A stretch of 64,000 bases of DNA, taken from positions 1,664,001 through 1,728,000 of the forward strand of contig OY970323.1 of the NCBI GenBank assembly GCA_963716985.1, given 5' to 3'. Under the pieces are notes generated by a model. The model worked only from the letters and a program-made list of their open reading frames with translations, was not told the origin of the DNA and did not search any database. Below are positions 29,196-39,357 of the stretch, piece by piece. The stretch's first letter is position 1. Each line of letters starts with the position of its first letter. Origin of the DNA: an uncultured bacterium (lineage in GTDB: Bacteria > Chlamydiota > Chlamydiia > Chlamydiales > SM23-39). The translations under genes were made by a program, and so were the position numbers.

Positions 29196-30377
29196 TTAAA
29201 AATGCAAATCGGATCGCAATGTGATCCCTTGCATTTCTATTGCAGCCTGAGATTGTCGGTTGAAATCAAAATGGAACTGATTCCACCAATAGTTAAACTC
29301 CCAACCAAGATTCAATCCCAAATACATTTTTTCCTTATTGAGATACATACCCCAATCCAATCCCAAAGCCAATTGGACGCTTGGAGCAAGCATATACTTA
29401 CTGCTTTTCTCAAAGCCAATTTCTTCAAAAGGAGCGAAGGTGGTAGGAAGTGTCCCATAAAGATGTTGATGAACCGTTGTTTGACCATATAATAGACATC
29501 CTGCGATGAGCCCCGTAAAACCTACGTTATGAGGAAGCGTCCATTTCCCATCCATTCCAATTCTAGGACCAAGGCCCCAAAAACGATTTGCAATGTGATA
29601 GGCAATATAACGACTTAAAGTGTTAACGAGATTTTCCCCAAAATGAGCATTTAAGGATTGATCCAAAGAAGCAAAACGCACTCCCAAGAGCGGCTGCCAT
29701 GCAAGCGCCTTTGTAATGTAAAAATCTCTTGCGAATTGAAGATCTCCAACATTATGGCTCAAGCTCCAATGAAGGGCTAAGGTTTTAAAAGTACCCAAAG
29801 CCCGATTAAGCGTAAAGGCTTGCTCTGGTAGAATACCGACAAAGATAGAACCAAAAGGACCGGCAACAATTCCATAATCTTTTGCGCCGAAGTCCCCATG
29901 GCCCTTTAATCGAATCCAAGTGTAGATTCCTTGGACATTCCATGCATCGTAGCCTGAATGATAACCAAAGCCTACGCGAACGCCGGGACGCCAATCAAAA
30001 TGCAATGCATCGTCAATAGCATTCGTATAAAAATTTCCACTTGGGGTGAATACCGGAAATCTAATTTCGGAGGCAACTTGTATGCCATTATCAGATGCTC
30101 TCCAATAAAGAAAACTCACATTTGTGAAAAACCCCGTATTTCCACGACAGGTAAAAACCGGAGGATTATTTCCGCCAAGGACGTCCGATACTTTTGTTTC
30201 GGAAATCTGATCTACCTTTCGTTCCACAACTTCTAGTCTTTTCGAAGACGAACTCGTGTTCATGCTTCCAAAAGGAGGATCTGGAAATGCAAATTCCTCA
30301 TCTTTTTGCGCTCCAAAAACTGAGCTCATCAAAAGAACCCCTCCAAGGGTCCATACAATTTTAGAACTAATGCCCAT
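29196..30377 (-). CDS. MOMP-like / Lpg1974-family outer membrane protein (paralogue 2)
   Basis: Same motif series as paralogue 1 (FLYWRA, PGVRVGFGY, GLGPRIG, GWEFNYWWNQ). Confidence 0.8.
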   Translation of the reverse strand: MGISSKIVWTLGGVLLMSSVFGAQKDEEFAFPDPPFGSMNTSSSSKRLEVVERKVDQISETKVSDVLGGNNPPVFTCRGNTGFFTNVSFLYWRASDNGIQVASEIRFPVFTPSGNFYTNAIDDALHFDWRPGVRVGFGYHSGYDAWNVQGIYTWIRLKGHGDFGAKDYGIVAGPFGSIFVGILPEQAFTLNRALGTFKTLALHWSLSHNVGDLQFARDFYITKALAWQPLLGVRFASLDQSLNAHFGENLVNTLSRYIAYHIANRFWGLGPRIGMDGKWTLPHNVGFTGLIAGCLLYGQTTVHQHLYGTLPTTFAPFEEIGFEKSSKYMLAPSVQLALGLDWGMYLNKEKMYLGLNLGWEFNYWWNQFHFDFNRQSQAAIEMQGITLRSDLHF

Positions 30378-30436
30378 GTAAAACTCCTCTAAATGCTTCT
30401 ATGTTCAATTTATCCGATTTCCTTCTTCCAAAATTC

Positions 30437-31606
30437 TTAGAAATGCAGGTCTGTTCTCAACGTCAAACCTTGAATTTCAAAGTGTTGCGGCCATTGGTGT
30501 GGGTACTTTGGAATGGGTTGCCACCAATAATTAAACTCCCATCCTAAATTGAGACCCCAGTAGATACGCTCTTTATCAAAAGACATTCCCCAGTCCAAAC
30601 CTAAAGCTGCCTGTGCGTTTGGCACGATCGTACGGGAAGAATGATGTCGTTGCGCAGTCGCTTCAAAAGAAGCTCCCGTCCCGAGAGGCGGTTCAAACCA
30701 ATGGGCCTCTTTCTTCAACTTTCCATAAAGAAGCGCACCAGACACAAGCCCTGTCACACCCAAATTATAAGGAAGAGTCCACTTTCCATCCACGCCAATA
30801 CGGGGGCCAGCACCACTAAAACTCGTGCTCAAGGCAAACTTGTAGGCCCAAGGATTAAAATTACTTAGAAAATGCGCTCCATTTGCGATGAAATAGGCTG
30901 CTCCTTTTTGTTTCAAAAAAGCCATGCGGGCACCTAAGAGAGGTTGTAGAGCCAATGCTTTGGTAATGAAAAACCCCCTGCCAAACTGGATATCTCCCAC
31001 ATTATAGTTCATTCTCCAATGAGCAGCTGCGACTTGGAAATATCCGCTAGCCGCTAAATCAGAATTACTTTGTAAAAATGGTGTGTTAATAAAGAACCCA
31101 ATGCCTCCGGCAGGACTCCAATCATTTGAAATGCCGGACCGCGATCCGGTCAATCGGTTCCACGTATAGATTCCCTGTACGTTCCAGGCATCATATCCCG
31201 AAGTATATCCGAGAGCATAACGAACACCCGGCGACCCGTGAAATTTTACGGAACGCAACTTTGAAACCTGCTTTGGAGCTATCTGAAATACCTGATTGGT
31301 ATAATAAAACCCTTCAACAGCTGCCTTCCAATATAAAAAACTGAGTTGGGTAAATACACCCTTCTTTCCCCCGATGCATCCAAGAGCATAAGGATTTTTA
31401 ATGCCAAGACTTTTAGAAACTTTCGTTTCTGAAATCTCATCTGTCTTTTTTTCTGCAGCCTCTAATCGTTTCCCGACATCAGCCGATTGCGACTTGCCAA
31501 ATGATGGCGACGGAGAAACAAAAAAACTATCTTTGTTCCCTGCAAAAAGCGAACTCATTAAGCAAATGCTCCCAAGGGCCCATGCGATTCTAGAACTTAT
31601 GCTCAT
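30437..31606 (-). CDS. MOMP-like / Lpg1974-family outer membrane protein (paralogue 3)
   Basis: FLYWKA, PGVRYALGY, GAGPRIG, GWEFNYWW, ends LRTDLHF; start at MSISSR after GGAGG. Confidence 0.8.
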   Translation of the reverse strand: MSISSRIAWALGSICLMSSLFAGNKDSFFVSPSPSFGKSQSADVGKRLEAAEKKTDEISETKVSKSLGIKNPYALGCIGGKKGVFTQLSFLYWKAAVEGFYYTNQVFQIAPKQVSKLRSVKFHGSPGVRYALGYTSGYDAWNVQGIYTWNRLTGSRSGISNDWSPAGGIGFFINTPFLQSNSDLAASGYFQVAAAHWRMNYNVGDIQFGRGFFITKALALQPLLGARMAFLKQKGAAYFIANGAHFLSNFNPWAYKFALSTSFSGAGPRIGVDGKWTLPYNLGVTGLVSGALLYGKLKKEAHWFEPPLGTGASFEATAQRHHSSRTIVPNAQAALGLDWGMSFDKERIYWGLNLGWEFNYWWQPIPKYPHQWPQHFEIQGLTLRTDLHF

Positions 31607-31929
31607 GCGAACTTCCTCCATTAATAACTGAATGTTTATCTTAATCAAAATTCATTTATACACAAATATTTATTTTTCCAAAAAAAATTACGTTTTGACG
31701 CGCATTTTTTGGCTCCTCCTTAAAAAGGAAACCATCCTCTTCTCCCATTCAGCCCGAAAATAGGACCGCACGCCGAGCCATCTTTTTTGAAAGACGACGA
31801 GAGTCTTTAGCTTTTAAAAAATGCAGCAGTCAAGAAAAAGGACCCCGCGAAAACCCGGAAAAAAATACAAAACCGGGTGAAGGGAGAGAAAAAAGCAGAA
31901 ACAGGAATGCTTGGCCCTCGAGCAAAAAG

Positions 31930-32421
31930 TCAGAGAGCGGAGGGAAGAATCGTGAGATAAAAGGTTCTCTGATAGTCAAATTGGCGGGACAGAAACTCTT
32001 TGATCTCTTTCTTGAACTCTTGCAGAAAGCGATCCTCTTTATCTAAAAGTTGCCCATTTTTCAAATGCACCACAATTTCCAGCCGCTGCTTTTTTCTTCG
32101 GAAGACTTCAATTGCGATCTTTTTCTCTGGATGCTTCTTCTCGCAAAAATGCAAAATAGCCTCTTGAATCAGAGAAAGGCTTACCTCATAAGAACTGATT
32201 TTAAACGTCAAAGCAGAGCCAGAGACGAGAGAAAAATGACCCAAAACAAAAAATATTCCAAATACCATCAAGCCAAGTCCAAGAAGAGAAAAAAGAGGCA
32301 GATGGGAAAAAAACAGGGAGGTCAATTGCTGAGAAAAAGGAAGGGAGAAAAAAAGAAGGCCTAATGTCAAAACAAAAAGGGAAAGAAAAAGATGAAATGC
32401 ATGGGAAATGTTTCTCATCAA
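31930..32421 (-). CDS. Membrane protein with two N-terminal TM helices (AmaP-like partner of Asp23)
   Basis: Two hydrophobic segments; overlaps the stop of the Asp23-family gene. Confidence 0.65.
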   Translation of the reverse strand: MMRNISHAFHLFLSLFVLTLGLLFFSLPFSQQLTSLFFSHLPLFSLLGLGLMVFGIFFVLGHFSLVSGSALTFKISSYEVSLSLIQEAILHFCEKKHPEKKIAIEVFRRKKQRLEIVVHLKNGQLLDKEDRFLQEFKKEIKEFLSRQFDYQRTFYLTILPSAL

Positions 32422-32885
32422 AACCCATCGCCGTAAGGAATGGAGGGCGCCTCCGTTTTTTCCACCACCTCCGGAACCGGCTTCATTCCCGAGAGAAACA
32501 AGCCTTTGAAAATCACGTGAACGCGAGATACGTGAAGGCCCGTCAAGCTGCTTATCTCTTCAACAATCTTATTTTGAATCTCCTCAGCCTTTTCGGGGAT
32601 CGAAATCCCATAGAGAATATTCACTTCTACATCAATAGAAACCGAATGCTGTTTAAGATCCTGCTCAATCGAAATTCCCTTCATGCAATCCATCCCCTCC
32701 CTTCCCAGGAGATTGTCGATCAGAGTGCCTCCCAATAGAGAAACGCCATCGATCTTTGCGATACATTGCAGGATAATCGACTGAAAGACCTTGCTTTCGA
32801 TATCTCGGGAAAAAAGGGTCTCGGGAAGTTCTAGCTCCCTTTGATCCATTTCTTTTAAAGGATTTTTTCGCAGCTTGTTCATCAT
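32418..32885 (-). CDS. Asp23/Gls24-family envelope stress protein
   Basis: IDVEVNILYGISIPEKAEEIQNKI..EISSLTGLHVSRVHV. Confidence 0.88.
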   Translation of the reverse strand: MMNKLRKNPLKEMDQRELELPETLFSRDIESKVFQSIILQCIAKIDGVSLLGGTLIDNLLGREGMDCMKGISIEQDLKQHSVSIDVEVNILYGISIPEKAEEIQNKIVEEISSLTGLHVSRVHVIFKGLFLSGMKPVPEVVEKTEAPSIPYGDGF

Positions 32886-33015
32886 AAAAGGTCGATTCCG
32901 CTTTTAACAAAATTATATCCGATTGGTGATTTTTTGCAAAATCTAGGAAAATCTTTTTTTTCTCTTTCAAGAATCTATCTAAGTTATTTAAAATACGAAT
33001 GAAAGGGAAATTTTT

Positions 33016-33453
33016 ATGAACTTTTTTCTCCAATTATTTATTGCTTCTGCTCTTTTTGGAGCTTCTTGCAGCTATTTAGCTTATAAAAAGCAAAAAAATC
33101 CGTACGTATGGTTCGCTGTCGGTTTTTGCTTAGGGATTTTTGGACTTATTTTTCTCTTTTTTCAAATATTGGCTCACCCCAAACAAAAAATTTCCATGAC
33201 AAGGCAGAGGGCGGAAAAGAAAAAAGAGGGGGAAAGCTCTCTCCATTCGCTCTCTTCCTATTCGGACATGACGTGGTATTACGTAGATGCAAAAAATCAA
33301 CAAATGGGACCCATCAGCCACAACTTGTTGAAGGAAAAAATACAAAATGGAACGATTTCCATTTCCTCTCTTGTTTGGAACGAAAACCTTCCTGAATGGA
33401 AAAAACTTCAAGAACTCTTAAACAAGAAAGAACCTTCTACCAACTCGCTTTAA
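33016..33453 (+). CDS. Membrane protein with GYF_2 (DUF4339) domain
   Basis: Two TM helices, then WYY...QQMGPIS...[11 protein letters not shown]. Confidence 0.8.
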   Translation: MNFFLQLFIASALFGASCSYLAYKKQKNPYVWFAVGFCLGIFGLIFLFFQILAHPKQKISMTRQRAEKKKEGESSLHSLSSYSDMTWYYVDAKNQQMGPISHNLLKEKIQNGTISISSLVWNENLPEWKKLQELLNKKEPSTNSL

Positions 33454-33742
33454 CGATGCCCGGAATAAATCCTTGACGGGCAAGTTCTCTAAAACAAAGG
33501 CGAGAAAGTTTGAATTTTCGAAGATATCCTCGGCTTCTTCCTGTCATCAGACAACGATTTCTTCTTCTCACGGAGGAAGAATTTCTTGGCATTTTATTGA
33601 GCAGGTTCACAGCAGTCATGCGCTCTTCATCGCTCTTTCCCATGTCTAAAATGATCTTTTTAAGATCCTGTCGCTTTTCCCATTTGGCCTGAGACATGCG
33701 CGCTCTTTTCTTTTCTCTTGCAACGGATGATTTCTTTGCCAT
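33437..33742 (-). CDS. rpsN: 30S ribosomal protein S14 (zinc-free long type)
   Basis: [48 protein letters not shown]. Confidence 0.97.
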   Translation of the reverse strand: MAKKSSVAREKKRARMSQAKWEKRQDLKKIILDMGKSDEERMTAVNLLNKMPRNSSSVRRRNRCLMTGRSRGYLRKFKLSRLCFRELARQGFIPGIVKASW

Positions 33743-33754
33743 AGCTCCTCAAAA

Positions 33755-33892
33755 TTATTTTTTTCGTCCGGGTCCCTTTTGTCTCTGCTTGCGGTTGGGA
33801 TCCTTTTTGTTAATTACGTAAATACGTCCTTTGCGTCGGACAATCTTATCGCCTTTGGAAAAATCGGCTCTCACGGAAGATTTGACTTTCAT
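33755..33892 (-). CDS. rpmJ: 50S ribosomal protein L36 (zinc-free type)
   Basis: MKVKSSV...[22 protein letters not shown]. Confidence 0.95.
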   Translation of the reverse strand: MKVKSSVRADFSKGDKIVRRKGRIYVINKKDPNRKQRQKGPGRKK

Positions 33893-34028
33893 TTCTATCC
33901 TCGGTAAATGTAAACCTAACTTTATACTGAAAAAAGCCATTTCTTTTCAACGATTTCCTTCTTGAAGAATTTATCCCCTATAGGTTATCTTTACTGCTAT
34001 CAAAAACATTTTAAAACGGGATGTAATC

Positions 34029-34163
34029 ATGAAGCGAACCTACCAACCGAGCAAAAGACGGCGCAAGAAAACACTTGGATTTAGAGTCAAAATGAGAACC
34101 GCAAATGGCCGAAAAGTCATTGCAAGGCGAAGAAGGGTAAAAAGAAAAAGACTCTGCGTGTGA
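34029..34163 (+). CDS. rpmH: 50S ribosomal protein L34 (not in ORF track)
   Basis: Manual translation: [44 protein letters not shown]. Confidence 0.96.
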   Translation: MKRTYQPSKRRRKKTLGFRVKMRTANGRKVIARRRRVKRKRLCV

Positions 34164-34498
34164 AAAAGAGATTTTCTAAGAAAAGCCGCCTACTAAAATC
34201 CTATCAATTTCAACGGGTTATTCGGAAAGGAAGGTCCTTTTCAGGCAGATATATTGTGGCTCACCTTTTTTTTGGCAATTCTCTTCAACCCAAGCTTGGG
34301 CTGACCGTTTCGAAGCATTTTGGGAAAGCAGCGAAACGAAGCCGTTTCAAGCGTCTTGTTCGGGAAGCCTTTCGTACATCGCTCCCCCAGCTTCCTCCTT
34401 CTCTGGAAATGCACATTAAGCCAAGACAGAATCTTCTTGGAGTGAAGATGCAGGAAATTCAACAAGAACTTATTTCCTCACTGCAGCATGTCTCATAA
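34160..34498 (+). CDS. rnpA: Ribonuclease P protein component
   Basis: [39 protein letters not shown]; follows rpmH. Confidence 0.93.
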   Translation: MKKRFSKKSRLLKSYQFQRVIRKGRSFSGRYIVAHLFFGNSLQPKLGLTVSKHFGKAAKRSRFKRLVREAFRTSLPQLPPSLEMHIKPRQNLLGVKMQEIQQELISSLQHVS

Positions 34499-36461
34499 TT
34501 CGTCACTCAATCCCGAGCAGCTGCGCGCCGTTTTATCAAAAAAAGGGCGGATACTCGTGCTTGCCGGAGCGGGAAGCGGGAAAACGCGCGTCATCGCTCA
34601 TCGTATTGCGCATCTCATCCGTGAGGGAGTTTCCCCAAAAGCTATATTAGGATTAACCTTCACCAACAAAGCAGCCCTGGAAATGCAGGAGCGCATCGCG
34701 TCCATGGTGGGAAAAGAGAAAAGCAAAGAAATTACCCTCTCCACCTTTCATAGCTTTTGCATGAAAGTGCTGCGCAAGGAGATCCATCACTTAGGCTACT
34801 CCCCTCACTTCAGTCTTTACGATGAGCGCGATCTAGAGCGCTTGATACGAAGATCGGCCAAAGATCTCTTTGCACCGGAAGATCTGGCTTTAAGCAAAAT
34901 ATCAGCCGCCATTTTCTCAGCCAAAAGCAAAGGGTTAAACGCCGCCGCTCTTCCATCGATCGGAAGCCAAGAAGAGGACCTTCTTTTCCGAGAAATTTAT
35001 CTTCAGCTCACCACCGCTCTTCGCGCTTATAACGCCGTTGATTTCGACCATCTGCTGCTCTTAACGCTGCAACTTTTCGAAGAACACGCAGAAATTCTCG
35101 ACCTCTATCGCTTGCGATTGGAACACATCTTAATCGATGAATACCAGGACACAAATCCCGTCCAATTTCGCATCGCAGAGCTTTTGTCTTCCCACCACAA
35201 ACGTCTCTTCGTCGTTGGAGATGATGATCAATCCATTTATGGATGGAGAGGCGCAGAGGTGCGCCATATTCTGAACTACGATGCCGAAGAGATCATCAAA
35301 CTCGAACAAAATTATCGCTCCACCCCGACTATTTTAGACGCCGCCAACCAGGTCATTGCAAAAAACGAACATCGCCATAAAAAGAATCTTTGGACCTCCA
35401 AACCAAGGGGAGAAAAAATTACCCTCTTTCATGCACCGACAGAGGCCGAAGAAGCGGATGGAGTTGTTCAAAGAATTCTTGCTTTGAAAGAAAGCCACCG
35501 CCTCCGGTGGAAAGAGATCGCCATCCTCTATCGATCCCATGCGCAATCGAGAAATTTGGAAATTGCTCTGATGCAAAAAAATTGGCAAAACGAAGGAAAA
35601 TGGATGCGCGGCATTCCCTATGAGATCTGGGGAGGGGTGGAATTTGCAGAAAGGGGAGAGGTCAAAGATCTTCTCTCTTATCTTCGCTCAATCGTCAATC
35701 CTTATGATCAAGAAGCCCTCTTGCGCATACTCAACGTTCCAAGGCGCGGAATATCCACTCAAACGCTCGAGCAGCTGCAGGACATCTCTCATACGGAAAA
35801 AATCCCCCTTTGGCCTCTCTTAAAAAAAATCGCCAGCGGAGAGAAAGCCCTCTTACTGCAGCCAAGGACGCAAAAGGGAATTGTCTCCTTTGTGCAAACA
35901 ATCCAAGAAGCTCAAGAGCGATTTTCAAAAAAGCCCCTCTCCCCGTCGCTGGAGTGGTTTGTGGAAGCGATCCACTACCAAAAAGCCATCGAAGAAGAGG
36001 TGAAAAGCGAGCAGGCGCGTCTTTGGAAATGGGAAAACGTCCAAGAATGCATCAACGCTCTTGCCGTTTTTGAAGAAGAAGAAAAGGAGGCCTCTCTGCA
36101 GGATTTCATTGCGACCCTGCTCTTAAACAACGATGCTTTAGCCGGAAAAAAGGAAAGAAGGAGAGAAGCCGTCCAACTGATGACCTTCCATGGCGCCAAG
36201 GGGCTCGAATTTCGCGCCTGCTTTTTAGTGGGGCTTGAAGATCATATTCTTCCCCATGAGAAGAGCCTGAAAGAGGCGGGAGTGGAAGAAGAACGAAGGC
36301 TCTTCTACGTAGCCCTAACAAGAGCGATGGATTTTTTAACGCTCAGCATGTCGCGCTCTCGAAGGAGGGGGGAAAAGCAGATCCCCACCCATCCTTCGCG
36401 TTTTCTTTTAGATGTTCCCAAAGACCTGCTCCACATCATTTCCTGGAAAACTCTTGGTTAG
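34488..36461 (+). CDS. UvrD/Rep/PcrA superfamily I helicase
   Basis: AGAGSGKT, TFTNKAA, DEYQDTN, VGDDDQSIYGWRGA, QNYRST, HGAKGLEF, EERRLFYVALTRA. Confidence 0.95.
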   Translation: MSHNSSLNPEQLRAVLSKKGRILVLAGAGSGKTRVIAHRIAHLIREGVSPKAILGLTFTNKAALEMQERIASMVGKEKSKEITLSTFHSFCMKVLRKEIHHLGYSPHFSLYDERDLERLIRRSAKDLFAPEDLALSKISAAIFSAKSKGLNAAALPSIGSQEEDLLFREIYLQLTTALRAYNAVDFDHLLLLTLQLFEEHAEILDLYRLRLEHILIDEYQDTNPVQFRIAELLSSHHKRLFVVGDDDQSIYGWRGAEVRHILNYDAEEIIKLEQNYRSTPTILDAANQVIAKNEHRHKKNLWTSKPRGEKITLFHAPTEAEEADGVVQRILALKESHRLRWKEIAILYRSHAQSRNLEIALMQKNWQNEGKWMRGIPYEIWGGVEFAERGEVKDLLSYLRSIVNPYDQEALLRILNVPRRGISTQTLEQLQDISHTEKIPLWPLLKKIASGEKALLLQPRTQKGIVSFVQTIQEAQERFSKKPLSPSLEWFVEAIHYQKAIEEEVKSEQARLWKWENVQECINALAVFEEEEKEASLQDFIATLLLNNDALAGKKERRREAVQLMTFHGAKGLEFRACFLVGLEDHILPHEKSLKEAGVEEERRLFYVALTRAMDFLTLSMSRSRRRGEKQIPTHPSRFLLDVPKDLLHIISWKTLG

Positions 36462-37428
36462 GCGATTTTTCTTTGAGATAGCGGATCGTCTGAGCCAACT
36501 CCTTTTTGATTGGAGAGGGCGCAAAGCGATAGGCATTTCTTGCATAAAAAAGAGCCATCTTCTCCTCTCCTCGCTGAGAGAGAAACTGTGAAATGGTCAT
36601 CTGGAGAAGCCAGAGATGTTGTTTCTCCCCTTTTCCAAAAAGATCCATATAACGAACCAAAGGGGCAATGGCCGTTTCGGGACCGGTTTTCTTGGAATTT
36701 TCATAAAAATCTAAAAAAGCCAACTGCAGATGCAGCCCTAAATGATTATGGGGGTCCAGGTTTTCGATTTCTCGTCGCTTTTCCAAAACGAGCGCCAAAT
36801 CCCTCTCCTCCTGCTGCAAAAGCAGAGCATAATGATCCAAAAGAGCGGAAAAAAAACGACCCGAATAAAAGAGTGGCCAATTTTTCTTCAAAGCACACTC
36901 CCGGGTGTTTTGAGAAAAAAGCTGATCCCCATTCTGCTTCTTCCTCTTTTTAAACGCCTCCCCCGTGTCCGCAGATTGAGTGAGAAGTTTCTTCATTTCC
37001 GAAGCATATTTCTTCCCGGAAAAAGGAAGGTAGCTGATTTGAGAAATCATCTCCTTTTGGAGGTCGAGAAGAACCACCATCGGCACTTTTTCCACGCGAA
37101 AAAAAGAGGATTCATTTTCGGACTTTTCGGCATCTAAACGAACAAAAACGAAGAGATCCTGCATCTCCTGCATAAATCCCCTATCTTCCAAAATTTCTCT
37201 TTGCATCTTCAAACACCAAGGAGAATTTTTTTTCTCAAAATAGAGAAAGATGTGCTTTTTCTCTTTTGCGGCCATGCCCAAAGCCTCCTCCAAACTTCTT
37301 CTCCAATCAATCGGCCTGTCTTGAGCAAGGACAGACGGCAACGCTGGAAACAGATGGAGAAAAGCTGCTGCCTTAAATTGAAGAAAAAGGACAAAAAGAA
37401 TTAAGATCAAGGGGATGATCTTTTTCAT
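36436..37428 (-). CDS. Exported thioredoxin-fold protein with SXXC instead of CXXC
   Basis: Signal peptide, W....EEAL..A.KEKK.IFLYF...SPWC.KM..EI, FVFVRLD, cis-Pro VP; helical C-terminus. Confidence 0.7.
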   Translation of the reverse strand: MKKIIPLILILFVLFLQFKAAAFLHLFPALPSVLAQDRPIDWRRSLEEALGMAAKEKKHIFLYFEKKNSPWCLKMQREILEDRGFMQEMQDLFVFVRLDAEKSENESSFFRVEKVPMVVLLDLQKEMISQISYLPFSGKKYASEMKKLLTQSADTGEAFKKRKKQNGDQLFSQNTRECALKKNWPLFYSGRFFSALLDHYALLLQQEERDLALVLEKRREIENLDPHNHLGLHLQLAFLDFYENSKKTGPETAIAPLVRYMDLFGKGEKQHLWLLQMTISQFLSQRGEEKMALFYARNAYRFAPSPIKKELAQTIRYLKEKSPNQEFSRK

Positions 37429-37482
37429 CGATGAACCGGTTTTATTTTCTGTTTACTCTCTTTAACAATTTTTTCAAACAAA

Positions 37483-37953
37483 ATGGCACACCTCCCCACC
37501 CTGATCTTACGCCACCGGAAAGAAAACCGAAAAAAATGCTCCCTAACACCTCTGGAAAAACTTCCCCGCTTTATTTTCTTGACCTATCCTAAAGATCCTC
37601 TGATCGATCTCTCTTCCTATCTTCTTCTCTCTCTGGAGGGAGAGCCTCTCACAGAGCAAGACAAAGGGAAGGGAATTTGCCTCATCGATGCCACCTGGCG
37701 CTATGCAAGCCTGATGCAAGAATGGTTGCTTTCTCAACAAAAAATCCCTCTTCGCTCGCTGCCGAGTTGCGCAAGCAGCGCCTACCCCCGCAAACAAACC
37801 GCCTGTGCGGATCCTGATCGGGGCCTTGCCTCCATCGAAGCACTTTTTCTTGCCTTCCGGATCTTAAAAATGGAAAACAAAAATCTTCTCGACCGGTACT
37901 ATTGGCAAGAAGATTTTTTACAAAAAAATGCCGCACTCTTAAAGAACCTTTAA
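37483..37953 (+). CDS. Tsr3/DTW-like putative RNA aminocarboxypropyltransferase
   Basis: ENRKKCS, IDATW, RSLP, LASIEAL motifs resemble the Tsr3 (DUF367)/DTW families. Confidence 0.6.
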   Translation: MAHLPTLILRHRKENRKKCSLTPLEKLPRFIFLTYPKDPLIDLSSYLLLSLEGEPLTEQDKGKGICLIDATWRYASLMQEWLLSQQKIPLRSLPSCASSAYPRKQTACADPDRGLASIEALFLAFRILKMENKNLLDRYYWQEDFLQKNAALLKNL

Positions 37954-38549
37954 TGGCACAAACAGAGGCCTTTTTTCTCTTTTGCCTTTTGGAAAGCCTC
38001 GACATAGCAGCGATAACAGACGGGAAAGTAGAGCTCTTCCGCTCCCAGCTGGATACTTGGCCCCTCTCGGGTTGCAATGCCGTTGACATGCTTCAAATTG
38101 AAAATGGATTTTTTGTTGCAGAAATAACAGGTCGACTTGACCTCTTCGATCGAATCTGCGAGCTCCATGAGGCGCCTGGATCCTTCAAAAAGAAAGGATT
38201 TGAAATCCGTACGCAGCCCATAGCAAATGACGGGAATTTCCATTTCTAAAGAGATTTCTCGCAGCTGGTCGATGATCGAAGCGCTAACAAATTGTGCTTC
38301 ATCCACTAAAATGCAGCTAATGCCCTCCAGCTTTTCTCTGGGGATACTCGTCTCTTTCCCCACCAGAAGATCGGCATCCATCTCCAATCCCGCCCGCGAT
38401 CGCACCTTTTCTTTTCCAAAACGGACATCCATCTCCGGCTTGATCAAAAAAACTTCTTTTCCCTGCTGTCGATAATTATGACAAACTGCTAGTAGATTCA
38501 ACGTTTTTGCGCTTCCAACGGTTCCATAACGAAAATAGAGCTTGGCCAT
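37950..38549 (-). CDS. tdk: Thymidine kinase
   Basis: MAKLYFRYG, VDEAQF, YGLRTDF...FEGS, C..C and CYRC zinc ligands. Confidence 0.93.
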   Translation of the reverse strand: MAKLYFRYGTVGSAKTLNLLAVCHNYRQQGKEVFLIKPEMDVRFGKEKVRSRAGLEMDADLLVGKETSIPREKLEGISCILVDEAQFVSASIIDQLREISLEMEIPVICYGLRTDFKSFLFEGSRRLMELADSIEEVKSTCYFCNKKSIFNLKHVNGIATREGPSIQLGAEELYFPVCYRCYVEAFQKAKEKKGLCLCH

Positions 38550-38735
38550 ACAACACCTCCTGCCTTTCAAAAGAGTAATACAGGAAGCTCTTTTTGAAAA
38601 TCTTCTTTTGAGAAAAAATCTTCTCTTCCGGCGCAGAAATTTTTAAAAAAAAGACTCCTTCGCCATTTTTTCCGCATTCATCTTCACCAGGTCGTTCAAA
38701 CGCTCAAAAGGAAAAGTTCTCTGATCGTTTTTTCT

Positions 38736-38993
38736 CTATTTTTTACACTTGTCGACACAGCGATTATAGAGATAACCCAGAAGCCATCCGAAAAGGGCGC
38801 CTTCAATAAAGCCCCAAAAAGCTCCAATCATACCGCCAATCAAAGAAGGCCCAAATCCCGGATAGAAAGAAGCAATGAGCTGCAGCCCCTCAAGGCCCCA
38901 TCCCCAAAAAAAGCCTAAAAGTGCATAGCTCAACATAAAAATTGCATTGGCAAGACCGAGCGAGACAGCCAAAGCTTTGACATGAAATTTCAT
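38736..38993 (-). CDS. Small glycine-rich membrane protein (holin-like family possible)
   Basis: 85 aa, hydrophobic, YPG..PS..G...G..WGF..G...G.L...LYN pattern; preceded by AAAGGAG. Confidence 0.65.
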   Translation of the reverse strand: MKFHVKALAVSLGLANAIFMLSYALLGFFWGWGLEGLQLIASFYPGFGPSLIGGMIGAFWGFIEGALFGWLLGYLYNRCVDKCKK

Positions 38994-39357
38994 GACCCTC
39001 TCCTTTCAATTAGAATCAAACAATAACCGCAGACTATAAAAAATGATTTAATCATGCAATATTTTTTAAAAAACAAACTATACATATAAAAATCGACAAT
39101 AAATGTTGATCTGCATGGCTTTTAATTAATTTATGGCTGTTTTGAGTTAATTTTTACTCGTTTTAGCAAGTCGGTCGTTTTCCCGAACGCAGCTTCATGC
39201 AACCGGAAAGATGCAAAAAAATCATGGATTCTTATAAAAATTAAGAGAAAATAATCTGCATTGGACTATACTTAGTTTGATTTTCCATTTGTAGACAAAA
39301 CGCGCAAATGGGAAAAGAGGCCTTAATCACTTAAAAAACCGCGAACTTGTCGAATTT

